Source of the DNA: Octopus bimaculoides | Lineage: Eukaryota | Direction of reading: 5' to 3' | NCBI RefSeq assembly: GCF_001194135.2 | Contig: NC_068986.1 | Location: 98,004,215 to 98,039,496 of the forward strand | Length of the DNA stretch: 35,282 bases | Notes under the pieces: model-generated | The model's database searches: none | Told to the model about the DNA's origin: nothing | Seen by the model: the letters and a program-made list of their open reading frames with translations, nothing else | Made by a program: the position numbers and the translations under genes | Shown here: positions 11,961-24,599 of the stretch, in pieces | How the letters are laid out: each line of letters starts with the position of its first letter | Numbering within the stretch: position 1 is the stretch's first letter

Positions 11961-13374
11961 CAAATAGAAGTAACAGTTAACTGAAGCCAATAGGGGAACC
12001 TCAACCTGGTAATTTGTCCTGCTATCATCAATTCCTCCAATTACTCGTTGCCGCCTTAAATACAAAATAACATATCAGATAACTTAATCTTGTCATCATG
12101 CCTAAAAATATGCTCTATCTAAACGTGATGATCAACGGTAACAATCATATGAATGTGTTACAACGGTAACAGCAATATTAAACTGCCTTTTGACTGTATA
12201 AGCAGATCCTACCAGTATAACCGGAATGTATAAATGAAGAAGAATCGGTGTGATTTCTTCAACTGCTAGAAATAAGATCCGAATTCCTTCAAATCTTGTC
12301 TCGTCCCTCCACCATGCAGGCATTCTCAATCTTTCCAATTCCTGTCACCCTTTGTTGCGTCGAAACCCGTACCATCTCTCCTTACTGACAACTGTACTTA
12401 GTCCGTCTCTTCGATATATCAGTCCTCTAGAGTATTCTTTCTGCTGATGTTGACTTTGAACAGTTGAAACGAAAAATTATGAAAAAGTTTACATCAAACT
12501 CACAGCCTAAGGCAGATGGACATTCCTTCACGGGCATCCCTTCCTCCACGAGGAGCAAATGTAAAATTGTTATCTTTTGTCATTAAAATATGTACAAAAT
12601 CAGAATATTAGAAATAAAATGTTAAAGCATTTTGGAACTTTACCATAGAGACGCACCACCAGGTATCGCCTGAACACGCAAGCACACACATATAAATTTC
12701 TATCAGACTTTTCCTAGCAAGAATTGGAAATCTTTATAAGTCACCTTAAAAGATTATATAGTGTTGATATAAGCTGAAATGTAAAGTAATTATAGCCTCT
12801 ATTGAATTAATAATTTTGATACTAACCTGTCTGAGCCCCCACAAATTTCCTATTTTACAGTAATCTAAATTAAAATCTTCCACCGAAATTTCCTATTAAT
12901 ATTTCAAATACCATCTTCTTGATGATAAAGTAATGTTACTAAATTTTTCATAACTTTCAAAATTAACTGAAACAAAGTAATATTTCAACAAAATATAGTA
13001 ACGAAAAGTTTAAGCACGTCATTAAAATTTTAAAATATATCTACCATCCGATTTTCACTGTTTCATTTAGAATGAACGCGATCAATCTTGTGAAAATACT
13101 GATATTATAGAATTGGTACAGTTACTTTCCAGAAAATAACAATTATAGAATTTATAAAATTCTTACTTTTGAATTAATGATATTATTATAAATAAATTTG
13201 TCCTTTATCTTGTAATAGGTAAGTCTGTTACGGGTCAATATGCACATTTTCGGGGGTTATCCCAGTTACCTTGTCGTACCAGCGATTGAGAGAACAATAT
13301 CGTCCCTAGACGCCCCTCCCCCAATCCACCACTTGTTTGAGCACCTGTCAACTGCTGCGGATACATATTTTAAG

Positions 13375-13500
13375 CAGAGTTGACTGGAACAACTTGAAAT
13401 GAAGTGTTTTGATCAAGAACACAATGTGCCACTCTGCTGTGAATTGAATTCACAGCCCTACTGTTGTGAATTCAGCAATTTAAAAGCTCGGCTACGCACA
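13375..13500 (+). mobile_element. SINE family B CORE-like 3' module
   Basis: gagttgactggaacaacttgaaatgaagtgttttgatcaagaacacaa matches the reverse complement of 5435-5480. Confidence 0.6.
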
Positions 13501-13721
13501 TTCATGATACAACCGGAATTCTACAAAATCACATTTATAAAAACATTAAGCATTACATCTAAAGAGAAGTAAATACATGGTCCAGAAAACAGTAAGAAAA
13601 GAATTTGTACATATTCTTTGAAGATTGCCATACCATTCGATAATTCGGAAAGTTTCCATGTACATTAATAAAGATGATCTAATACTTTCTGACAAGCGAC
13701 TATATTTATATGCTTCAAGTC

Positions 13722-13737
13722 ATAATAATAATAATAA

Positions 13738-13768
<31 letters not shown>

Positions 13769-13785
13769 AAGAATGATAATAATAA
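13722..13785. repeat. Compound (AAT)n(AAG)n microsatellite
   Basis: Direct inspection. Confidence 0.97.
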
Positions 13786-15128
13786 ATTCTTTATTATCAC
13801 AAGACGACGAATGAAGTGACATTAAGTAAACAAATTACTGAAACAATAGGAATTTTCCTAGTATTCATTATAAAAACAGCATGCATGTAATAAAAACCGT
13901 ATAAAAAATTAAATTAAACTGCTTCGTAGCATGTCAGTAAGGCAGAGTCAGTCAGAGAGGGACTACAGATCACCGGTTTACATTGACAACCAAGGGTATG
14001 TGATCTATTCATACTGTTTCCCGCTATATAATCACAATCGGTTCGCACTGGACTCCCTCAACAATTTTGAGCAAATCTACTCATTGTTAGTACATATTAT
14101 ATTTCTACTCACATCTAAAAAAGATCATAAAATTTCATGAGGGTTTGTCCAAAAAAGCATTTATCTCTCCGCGTTCTTTTCTATGTTGTACCATATATTC
14201 GCTTACCCATGGCCAACAAGCAGAGGAAATTCCCTTCTCTTCATAGCAGCGGTAAGTCTTTCACTCCAAACAGCTATTTCACGCGTTACGCAAGTCAATG
14301 ATGTTCAGTCAAGGTACGAGTAGGTGCAGCAAACATTGAATTATTCTTAGTGTATCTCAAACAGACATGGTATAACTTTGCTTCTAGATTTTGTCGGGAA
14401 CTAGCAATTCCCTCGAGTGAACAGCAAGAACAGGGATTACTGGCTGTTATACGAAAATCCTCCGACTGATTTTATAGGTGCTTAGATTTTGCCCGAGAAC
14501 ATCGCCGCACTTACAGATCAAGAATCTTCTATACGCATTGAAAACATTAATGGAAAACCCACAGTAGGCTGTGATGGTCTAAACATATATTCCATGCCAG
14601 ACAATTGAACATGCTGTTCAGTTAACGAGGACTGCTGATCCGTCGTCAAATAAACAAGGTGCTGTAAAACGTGCGTTACAAACAGCCATCACATTCGCTG
14701 TCTGTTCAGGAATATTCTTTGATTCCAACAGTTGCAGACATTGCCGGTGCATCATTAGTCACGTTAAATTTTATGGAGACCGTATTGGCCGTACATGACT
14801 CGTCGGATTAGCTGATATATAATTAGAATTCTCCGGTAGGTTGAAGAATAGAAATCATAAAATCTGGAATCAGAGATGGGCGTCAAGTGTGCTCAAGATC
14901 TGATAAATGTATATATGTTTTCAGTGCGAATGGATTATTATACGGCACGGTCTTTGCAACCATGTATATAATAATAATAGTATTTTTATATAAGCTTAAA
15001 CCTTATGGCGATCACCGTGCTATGACTAAGGAAAATAGTCTAATAAAGAGGCATATAAGCCCTCGACAGAAAAATGAGAAGGTTTTCCTATTCGCGTGGG
15101 TGTCGAACCCACATATATATATAAAGAA

Positions 15129-15163
<35 letters not shown>

Positions 15164-15796
15164 TAGAGATTAGCAGGCAGACAGATTCTGGACTATGTGT
15201 TCTTTTCGTTGCGGGAACAAATATTCTCAAACACACAAACACATGCGTGTATACATATGCGAAAACGCACACATATTGGATTATATACGTGCACACATGT
15301 ACAAATACACATACATATATTACTTAAACGAAATTGGGAAATCATAGGTGATTATCAGTTAACAGTCTCGTCATCAGCGACTCCAAGTGTAAATATGTCC
15401 ATGATTGTGTAAGCGTTTATGTTTGCGTGAGTATAAAGGCATAGTGTCGCCAACAGAACTACGACGTTCTGTGTTCGCTGTTACTGAGTTGGGTTTTGGG
15501 CGAATCCATGTCCTACAGCCACAGATCAACACATATGTAGCGTAAAAGAATTGTGGGAAAGATAAAAATCCGACGTATGAAATGTACATGTAATTCTAGA
15601 AGTACCTCATTGTTACCCTGCTTAATAATTGTGTTCAGGGTATATGTACCTTCGATGTGCTCAGACATCTAATCCAGTTCAACTCAGGAGCGTGTCATTC
15701 ACTTGATCAACCAACTGAATCCTCATCATTGAATTAAGTAACCCACCGTCATTATATGTATGTGTATGTGTGCGTGTGTGATGCACCAATATCTGT

Positions 15797-15840
<44 letters not shown>

Positions 15841-16189
15841 GTATTGTCTGATATTGTGTTTTAATTCCAGGCAAATTAAAATTTCGTGGGCTTCTAAAAC
15901 AAACTTAGCTCTGCCAGTCTAGGTAACCGAATGGAGAAAGTTCAAAACGGATACTGGACACTGAATTGCTAGTTACATGGTGAAAAGGCAAATTACATGG
16001 TGTTGTTGCGATTCATATAGAAGCGAAATCAGATGGAGATAAAGATCTCAATCTGTATTTTTGGGACCACTTAGTTGGGCCCGATTTTGGTGGTACTTCA
16101 CTGTCTAGGAAATCGAGAGGACGGTGAGCAACACAACATGACGGTGTGCGTGATTCTGTCTATACCTGCTGCATGATTGTTTACGGTGC

Positions 16190-16587
16190 GTGTTTTCTTT
16201 CTCTGTCTGTGTATGCTGTGCATGTACACGTGCCCGAGTTGGCTTGTTGGTGCATATGTACATCCCTATATGTATCCGGTACGTGAGTGCATGTGGGTGT
16301 GGATGTGTACATGTATATGTGCACATTGTTATCTATTGGGGGTATGTATGTATATAAGTATATGTGTAAGATTTTGGTGGTGCGCATGCACGCATACACG
16401 TAGGCGTTACTATCTGCTGCATGCAGGTATGTGTGCCTACATATTTGGCATGACTGTATATGTGGCTGTACGTATAAGAACATCAGCTACAAGTGTATAT
16501 GCGAATAATCGTATTTGTGTGTGTACGTATGTATATGGGTGCGTATCTGCACGGTTATGTGTTTGTGTGTGTCTGTGCGCGCGTGTA

Positions 16588-16636
<49 letters not shown>
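16190..16636. repeat. Degenerate TG/CA low-complexity tract ending in (TA)n
   Basis: Direct inspection. Confidence 0.85.
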
Positions 16637-16638
<2 letters not shown>

Positions 16639-17178
16639 GTAAGCAAGCATGATTATTTCCCGCGTCAAAATTTATTTAGTAAAGTCTCAGGAATGTGGAA
16701 ACTTTCGTTTGCCTCATAGAACCATGAGCTTCCTTCTGCCCACCGATGGTTTTCATTATTTTTATTTTACTATTCTAAGCAGCACTCAGACTATAATATG
16801 CAATAATACATGACCGTTGATTAGCAGAAAACGGAAGTGTAATATGATAAGCAAAATCCGATCAGACGGATGTTGATAGGAAAAGTGTGATTAGAGTGAC
16901 TAAGTGAAGTATAGCTATCTTAATGACTCTTAAATACCATAGCAAATGTGGGGGTGTTAAAAGAACAAAGTATAGAGGAGTATTGGAATTACATGATATT
17001 TTGCATAAATTGTTATGGTCATGTTGATATGTTTGCAGCTCAGTTATATGGATCCCGCTTCAAAACTATTGACCGGATATTTGAGCAAGAGTGTTCCATG
17101 ACTGCGTAGATTTAGCTACACTTCTGTGGGGAACATTTATTATTCAGAAGCCTCTCATCATATATATATATATATATA

Positions 17179-17740
17179 NNNNNNNNNNNNNNNNNNNNNN
17201 NNNNNNNNNNNNNNNNNNNNNNNNNNNNNNNNNNNNNNNNNNNNNNNNNNNNNNNNNNNNNNNNNNNNNNNNNNNNNNNNNNNNNNNNNNNNNNNNNNNN
17301 NNNNNNNNNNNNNNNNNNNNNNNNNNNNNNNNNNNNNNNNNNNNNNNNNNNNNNNNNNNNNNNNNNNNNNNNNNNNNNNNNNNNNNNNNNNNNNNNNNNN
17401 NNNNNNNNNNNNNNNNNNNNNNNNNNNNNNNNNNNNNNNNNNNNNNNNNNNNNNNNNNNNNNNNNNNNNNNNNNNNNNNNNNNNNNNNNNNNNNNNNNNN
17501 NNNNNNNNNNNNNNNNNNNNNNNNNNNNNNNNNNNNNNNNNNNNNNNNNNNNNNNNNNNNNNNNNNNNNNNNNNNNNNNNNNNNNNNNNNNNNNNNNNNN
17601 NNNNNNNNNNNNNNNNNNNNNNNNNNNNNNNNNNNNNNNNNNNNNNNNNNNNNNNNNNNNNNNNNNNNNNNNNNNNNNNNNNNNNNNNNNNNNNNNNNNN
17701 NNNNNNNNNNNNNNNNNNNNNNNNNNNNNNNNNNNNNNNN
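17179..17740. other. Assembly gap (N)
   Basis: Run of N flanked by TA and TATG repeats. Confidence 1.
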
Positions 17741-17774
17741 CGTATGTATGTATGTATGTATGTATATATATATA

Positions 17775-18846
17775 CAGGGTGCGTAAAATATTTGAGGATA
17801 GATTTATGTTTATAAAAAAAAGCAGATATATAATAACAGATGATAAATTTATTTATCAAAAAGTGATATGAGGATAAAAATATACCATCATTTCTATAAT
17901 GTTATTCAATAAAGCCACCTTCAGCTTCAACAACTGCTTCTAGATAAGATCTAAATCATCTACATGCTCGGATCAAGTAGTCCTGGTTCACTTTGGACAT
18001 TACTCTGACTACGGCAGCTTTAAAAAAATCTTTGGTGTTATGGGCGTGTCCATTGATTTCTCTCAACAACGCTCCACATGTAATAGTTCAATATATTGAG
18101 ATCTGGAGAATTAGGACGCCAACCGTTAAGGGTTGTGTGATTATAGCATCATGTGTTATAGTGCAGGGTCATACTGAAACACATATGGCCTTCCATTGCA
18201 TACACTGTCTTTCCATGGCTTAACTATTGCTTCCAGGACCTCAATGTAGGCAGCAGAATTAACTCTAAGGCTTTGAGGAAAGAAGTAAGGAGACATCATA
18301 TGTCCTTCATTGCTGACAACATCTAAACCCATGACAGTTGCAGGAAACTTTGTATGGATACCACTTGGAACTGCAGATGGGTCTGCACATAAACATCTGT
18401 CATTTCTTCTGTTAACTTTTTGATCTTGGTCGAATATTTTCTCGTTTGAGAAAAACCGAATCAAACCTTCTTCTGCTGGAATTTTTAGTTCGTTTACGAG
18501 CCTTTTAGATTTGATGTTGTGATTTTCTTTCGCTTTTCTGACAAATTCAGGTGTTATGATGGTTTCGGAGGCGTTTAGAATGCTTTTTATGCTTTGATAC
18601 TTGATACATTTCCATCTTCAGTCTCTATCGCCTGACAAACTTTGTAGACGAAAGATCTGGCAAATTTTAAAAATCGAGACATTTCTAAATCGCTATGTTA
18701 TAACCACAATAACACCATGCGTCTTCATTTCTTGAGTAGCTGGGTGTCTGGCATTATTATTTTCTGAAAGAAAGATTATACAGAGTTAGCAAAAAATGCA
18801 GCAATGACCTAAAAATGGTAGGTCCTCAAATACCTTGCGCACCCTG
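17775..18846 (-). mobile_element. Tc1/mariner element of maT (DD37D-type) family, both TIRs present, transposase pseudogene 18754-17902
   Basis: TIRs are cagggtgcgtaaaatatttgagga (17775-) and tcctcaaataccttgcgcaccctg (-18846), with TA on the left flank and TG on the right. Translation gives FFSNEKIFDQDQKVNRRNDR...HTKFPATVM..VVSNEGHMMSPYFFPQSLRVNSAAYIEVL...YVFQYD, then PNSPDLNILNYYMWSVVE...EAVVEAEGGFIE*. Confidence 0.93.
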
Positions 18847-19260
18847 TGTGTATGTATGTATATATATATGCATACATACATGTGTATTGTAGATTTTGGT
18901 CCATGTAGAGTAAAACATCAAATGCTTTATATTCCGTGTCTTTTGATCAGGGACGTCTTTGTCATTCTAGTAATCCGAAATGTAGTGAAAATGTAAAAAA
19001 AAAAAAAAGCATACGATGCAATAAGATATAATAAAAATATATATCATACATACCTAACTTGCAAAAGCATTTTATGAGAAAAAAGTAAGATGAAAAAATA
19101 TGTTTTTAGCTAGAGAAGACGAGTAAAGTACACACGATTTATGGGAGTGTTGTTTTAGTATATATGCACATACATAATTTCTAATGCAGTAATTTATAAC
19201 ATTATATATGTGGACGCATATGTGTTTTTTTGTTTTTTAGGCTTGTTTGTAAAGTAGGAG

Positions 19261-19615
19261 NNNNNNNNNNNNNNNNNNNNNNNNNNNNNNNNNNNNNNNN
19301 NNNNNNNNNNNNNNNNNNNNNNNNNNNNNNNNNNNNNNNNNNNNNNNNNNNNNNNNNNNNNNNNNNNNNNNNNNNNNNNNNNNNNNNNNNNNNNNNNNNN
19401 NNNNNNNNNNNNNNNNNNNNNNNNNNNNNNNNNNNNNNNNNNNNNNNNNNNNNNNNNNNNNNNNNNNNNNNNNNNNNNNNNNNNNNNNNNNNNNNNNNNN
19501 NNNNNNNNNNNNNNNNNNNNNNNNNNNNNNNNNNNNNNNNNNNNNNNNNNNNNNNNNNNNNNNNNNNNNNNNNNNNNNNNNNNNNNNNNNNNNNNNNNNN
19601 NNNNNNNNNNNNNNN
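19261..19615. other. Assembly gap (N)
   Basis: Run of N. Confidence 1.
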
Positions 19616-19630
19616 AAAATTATTATTTTT

Positions 19631-19802
19631 TTCATCTTTGAGTCATTTGACTTCGATCATGCTGGAGCACCGCCTTTAATCGAACAAATCGGCCCCAGGA
19701 TTATTATTGTAAGCCTAGTACTTATTCTATCGAACCCTTTTGCCGAACCGTCAATTTACGGGGACATAACCACACGGTTGTCAAGAGATGCTGGGGAGAT
19801 AA

Positions 19803-19851
<49 letters not shown>

Positions 19852-20006
19852 CGACGGGCTTATTTCGGTTTCCGTCTATCAAATCCACTCACAAGGCTTT
19901 GGTGAGCCCGGGGTTATAATAGAAGACACTTACTCAAGGTGCCATCCAGCGGGGCTAAACCCGGAACCTGTGCTGTTGGGAATCCATCTTCCTACCACAC
20001 AGCCAT
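19631..20006 (-). mobile_element. Near full-length tRNA-derived SINE, family A, with internal (TG)/(TA) microsatellite
   Basis: The minus strand starts atggctgtgtggtagg (A-box-like) and then has ggtttagcccc (B-box-like), a body, an internal microsatellite at ~19805-19850, and a tail ggcggtgctccagcatgatcgaagtcaaatgactcaaa. Confidence 0.85.
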
Positions 20007-20200
20007 TTTTATTTTGTTTTTTGTAGAGAAGAATTTTCAGTTGCTGTGTTGGTTTAAATTATACTAAATAGCAGACAAAAACATCATACCGATAGAACAT
20101 GCCTGCTGCTGGTGCGTTTTACAGGTTTCACTATTCTTCATGTAACGCTTTTGGTATGATGCAGAAGATATTTAACACACACAGACACACACACACAGAT

Positions 20201-20328
20201 ATTTACGTGTAATTTCTTGAATTGAGCAATATATATTTGCCATTGAATGTAGGATGTAATTTCAGTATATTTGTAATCTACGTTGCGTAGGTGAAGTGAG
20301 CATTTAGCAGCTAGATTTCTCAATCATC

Positions 20329-20380
<52 letters not shown>

Positions 20381-20430
20381 NNNNNNNNNNNNNNNNNNNN
20401 NNNNNNNNNNNNNNNNNNNNNNNNNNNNNN

Positions 20431-20493
<63 letters not shown>

Positions 20494-20628
20494 CACACAT
20501 ATATATGAACTATTAATCCACGAGAAAGCTCGCTGCACCTAGACTATGTAGGTTACAAACATACTGAAATTACATCCTATATTAAATAGCAAATATATCT
20601 TGCTCAATTCAAGAAATTACATGTAAAT
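20201..20628. repeat. Inverted repeat with 101-bp arms (20201-20301 and 20528-20628) around a (CT)n tract and a 50-N gap
   Basis: Manual alignment of the left arm with the reverse complement of the right arm shows 13 mismatches in 101 nt and no indels. Confidence 0.95.
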
Positions 20629-23600
20629 TCTTTCTCAAAGAAAGATCTTTTAGGAAATAGTAAAATAGTATATAAATTTCTCTCAAATTCTACCCTGCCC
20701 ATTTAAAAAGACGAAGGACAACTGGTAAACGTTGATCAGGCTGTGTTTACGTTGCATGTCTTTGATATACTCTGTCTTTACAAATAAAGAGTAAAAAAAG
20801 CGAGGACATACGCGTAGCTGAAATGCTTCTGATTAGAACTTGATATTAAGCAACCAACATCTCAATAAGCATGAGATATTTCGCCTTTTCTTAAAATTGA
20901 AGTTGAAGTATTTGCGAAATACTTAGAAATACTTAGAAATATTTGAGTAGGAATTGGATTGGAGAAGAAAAATGTGTGGAACGTTTGTTACGAGTAGAAT
21001 AAACCCATCGTAAGGGCTGAACAATCTTTCAGCTGCCTTTTAATCCAATCCGGTTTCCTATTGCAGTAAACATTGGACCATAGCTTATTGTCTTCCTGGG
21101 GGTCTTATAAAATGTGATGCATCTTTACTCTTCATCTGAATATGATACAAATAAACATTAAGATATTCAAAATTGTCGTAGTAAAGACACATACGAGGAG
21201 GTAATGAAAAGGTATCATAAAAGCCTGTTTTGAGGCCCAAAGTATGAGCAAAATTTAAGGGCTACTGATATTTGGACATTCAATGTCATATCATCAGACA
21301 ATATTTTCTGACTTTTCATTAAGGTCATCTCTTTTTTGGAGTATATCTGAATCTTGACATCATTTTCCCTTTTCATACGAAAGTGGTCCCAGTTGCTATT
21401 AGATAACTTTAACCATCTACAAATGGAGATAATTTTAATAAGCCAAGAATTTATGCCCTATGCTATTTGGCATGCCTGTATTTTGTCTGTTATACACATA
21501 CACATACACACACATATCCACACACAGCTGATAAGCTTATTGAGGTGCGGCTAATTGGTGATTAAAATCTTTAAAAGTTCAAATGCTTTTATCGTGTTGT
21601 ATTTTGTGACCTTGCTGACTTCCTATATAAAGTTTATTGTTGTTGAACTCAATTTCTTGGTATTGATTTGACCTCTCTGTCTATAAGCTTTCATCCATGA
21701 ACTCTAGAGCATCTTCAATTCGTTATCTGTTTTATCCCCAACTTACACATCTTTCATATCATAAGGTTTTATTTTTATTTATTTTGGTTATTCTATTTTT
21801 TAATTTGCCTTTACTTTATCTGTCTCTTATTTTCGTCTTTTCCTCTTGTTTAAATTAAGGATAATTTATTCTTCATTTTCTATCCAGCAAGTCTACTTGT
21901 TAGATATGAACATCGTTATATATGAAGAAATTATTTTATATAATAATAGCTACGCAACATATCTTAACTTGGATGCTTACATTTTACTGACCAAATCAAA
22001 GTAATTTTCTCCTTCTATACATTGTATATACAAAGAATGAATATTGTGAACATAGAGTTAAACTGTTGATGTAACTCTCAGTCCGTCTCTATGTTTTTAA
22101 TTATACATAACACTTGCCAAAACTGCAGTGTTCTGGACTCGTAATCACAACGAAAGAACTAAATTTTAATTCATAATTCTTCTCCAATTATTGTTAAAGA
22201 GTATATTTTCCTCATTACTTGACACAGTTCTAATGCGGTATGACGTGTGTTTTTGGCACTCTGTTGATCAGAGATTACTGCTTTGTATGAATTAATGGTT
22301 TTAAATTTGAAACCCATGTGATTCCAGGGGATGCTCTATTTGCGAAAATTTGTATATCGTCATGTATTTTTGTATGTAGACCTGTTTCTGTATATGGACC
22401 CAGACATGACAGAGTTTATTGCAATTATGACGCACAGGTTTGTGATAGAAAACAGATAGAGGGTAACTGTGTGGAACCCTGTCACATGTGCACTGTTTGT
22501 GCAATTCAAAAGTACAAACTCTTATACACTACATCATATTGATTTCACCTGAACATTACGCTGAGAGCACGTGTCTGTGGAATTCTCAGCCACTTCCACA
22601 CTACATCAGTGGTAAAGAATGCAGACGATCAATCAATATTTAATGTCGAAGCAGATCTTAGACATATTTCTTTTGTAATATATAGGTGGTTGATGAGTCG
22701 GTGTGTGTGTATGCGCGCTTGTATTTTTGTCAGCTTCTGTTGAAATAGCGTTGCTGTATGTAAGTGCATGGATGTGTCCGTTTAAACAGTATATTATCCG
22801 GAATATGTGCATCAACGTGCCACGTGAAATGATTATATAAGTGTGTACACGTTATATTAAATCATTCCCATGATATTGTGAGGTCCTTGTGGGCATGTAA
22901 ATCATCTCGTGCGTGTGTATGTTTACATGTATAATTCGTTTCACGAAATGTGTAGGTTCTGCAAACGTAATAAATCGATGTTGATAAACACAAACATTAA
23001 CACACAAATACACATGAGCATATACACGCCAACACACATCAGATTACAGATGTATATTGGCAGACATTGACACATACGAGCGGCCAAAATCAATGCCCAA
23101 GTACAAATAAACCCCTCCAAATTCAGTAGGCAAGTAAAGCAGTTTACAAATCCATTAATTTGCTACCGAAGTGCAGCAGTTTGCTTTCCTCTCTTACAAT
23201 GTACAAGAAAGCTGCATTAATGATCTTATCCAACTTCAACCGAAGAGATATTCAAGGGTGAAACTAACAATTGTAAAGATTGTAGTAAACGTAAGTGTAT
23301 CTGAATAAGTACATATGAACCTCGGTAAGTTTGAGTACATAAGAAGTTCGCTTCGCAGTAATTAGATTTTGCGCTCAATACAAATGAGTGGCCCTATGAA
23401 AATTGCTCTCGACATAACGAACAATTGTTCCAGACCTTCTGAGTAAAACTGATTATGGGAATTCATCGTCTTGAAAATGCATGTATGTCAAATGTCCAAT
23501 TTTGTATGACAATGCGCCGTGCTCTTTCAGCGTAAAATATTCCGATAAAGTCATACATATTCAGCGATTTATTCATTAATTCAATGATGGGAGTAGTTCA

Positions 23601-24599
23601 AGTGATCAAACATTGCAATAATAATTGTCAAAACCGAAAAGAATCCAGTTATGTGTGGATGTGTAACCGTGTGTGTCTGTGTGTATGGTAGTGTTTTTTC
23701 GTACCCGTGGGCGTGTGCATGTGTATGTGTGTGTGCGTGTGTATCTGTGTGGATGTAACTCACCTGGGTCAGAATGAGTGAGTGTTTGTGAATATATTCG
23801 TAGAGGATGTAATGCTTTTTAATCGATATTGGCGTTGCATAAACTTGTTCTATGTCTGTCATAGAAACACACGCGCAGCCATCCGCTGTTTTCTTGTGAC
23901 ATCTAAGCTTGCATTATCAAATGCCTTCTCAAACATGTTGAGTACTTTGTGAATTTCAAGAAATATGACTACTATTTTTAGCATGTCGCTGTATTGCAGT
24001 TCTTTAGTTCTCTATCTCTTTAGCCAGCGCAGCTACCACTATGCTGACGTACCGTCTTCAAATTACATAATCTTCGAAAATACATTTTGACAGATATTCA
24101 AAATACATTTTACAATAGAATAAATCTCTAGAGAATTAAACTAGTTACTAAGTATATTAACGTTTTTATTATATTTCATTCATAACTTACAAATAACTCT
24201 TTAAATATAAGCTGGAATTTAGTTTTCTTATTTTTCATAATACTGTGATTGTTATATAACCCTAAGTCATATTCGATCGCGCATTTCTGTGATTAAAATG
24301 CCCGCCAGCCAAACTCATAGATAGTATTTGTTTATCTCTGATTAGATTCTCCAATCTTCCTTTAAAATTACTTGTTTAGCTTAAGGTCAGTCCCTATGTA
24401 AAAGATTAACAAACAAACACGTTCTATGTTTTCCTCATTGTTGTTGTTTAATCCCAAGTGAACATTGTTGAAGGAGAATATGATTAAACGCAGTTCAGAC
24501 GACGATACCGCATTTTTAGTTAGCAGGCGCTCTATAGTCCATTGTGTTCTATTTTAAGACGGTTTACTGTGATCTTAGAAAAAGTTGGTTGGCAATTCT

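Noticed and set aside
19930-20006. tRNA gene
   Set aside because: It has only degenerate A/B-box-like motifs, no cloverleaf, and continues into a SINE body.
22318-22542. Cys-rich 74-aa ORF
   Set aside because: It has no recognisable Cys spacing, and TG-rich sequence inflates Cys/Val content.
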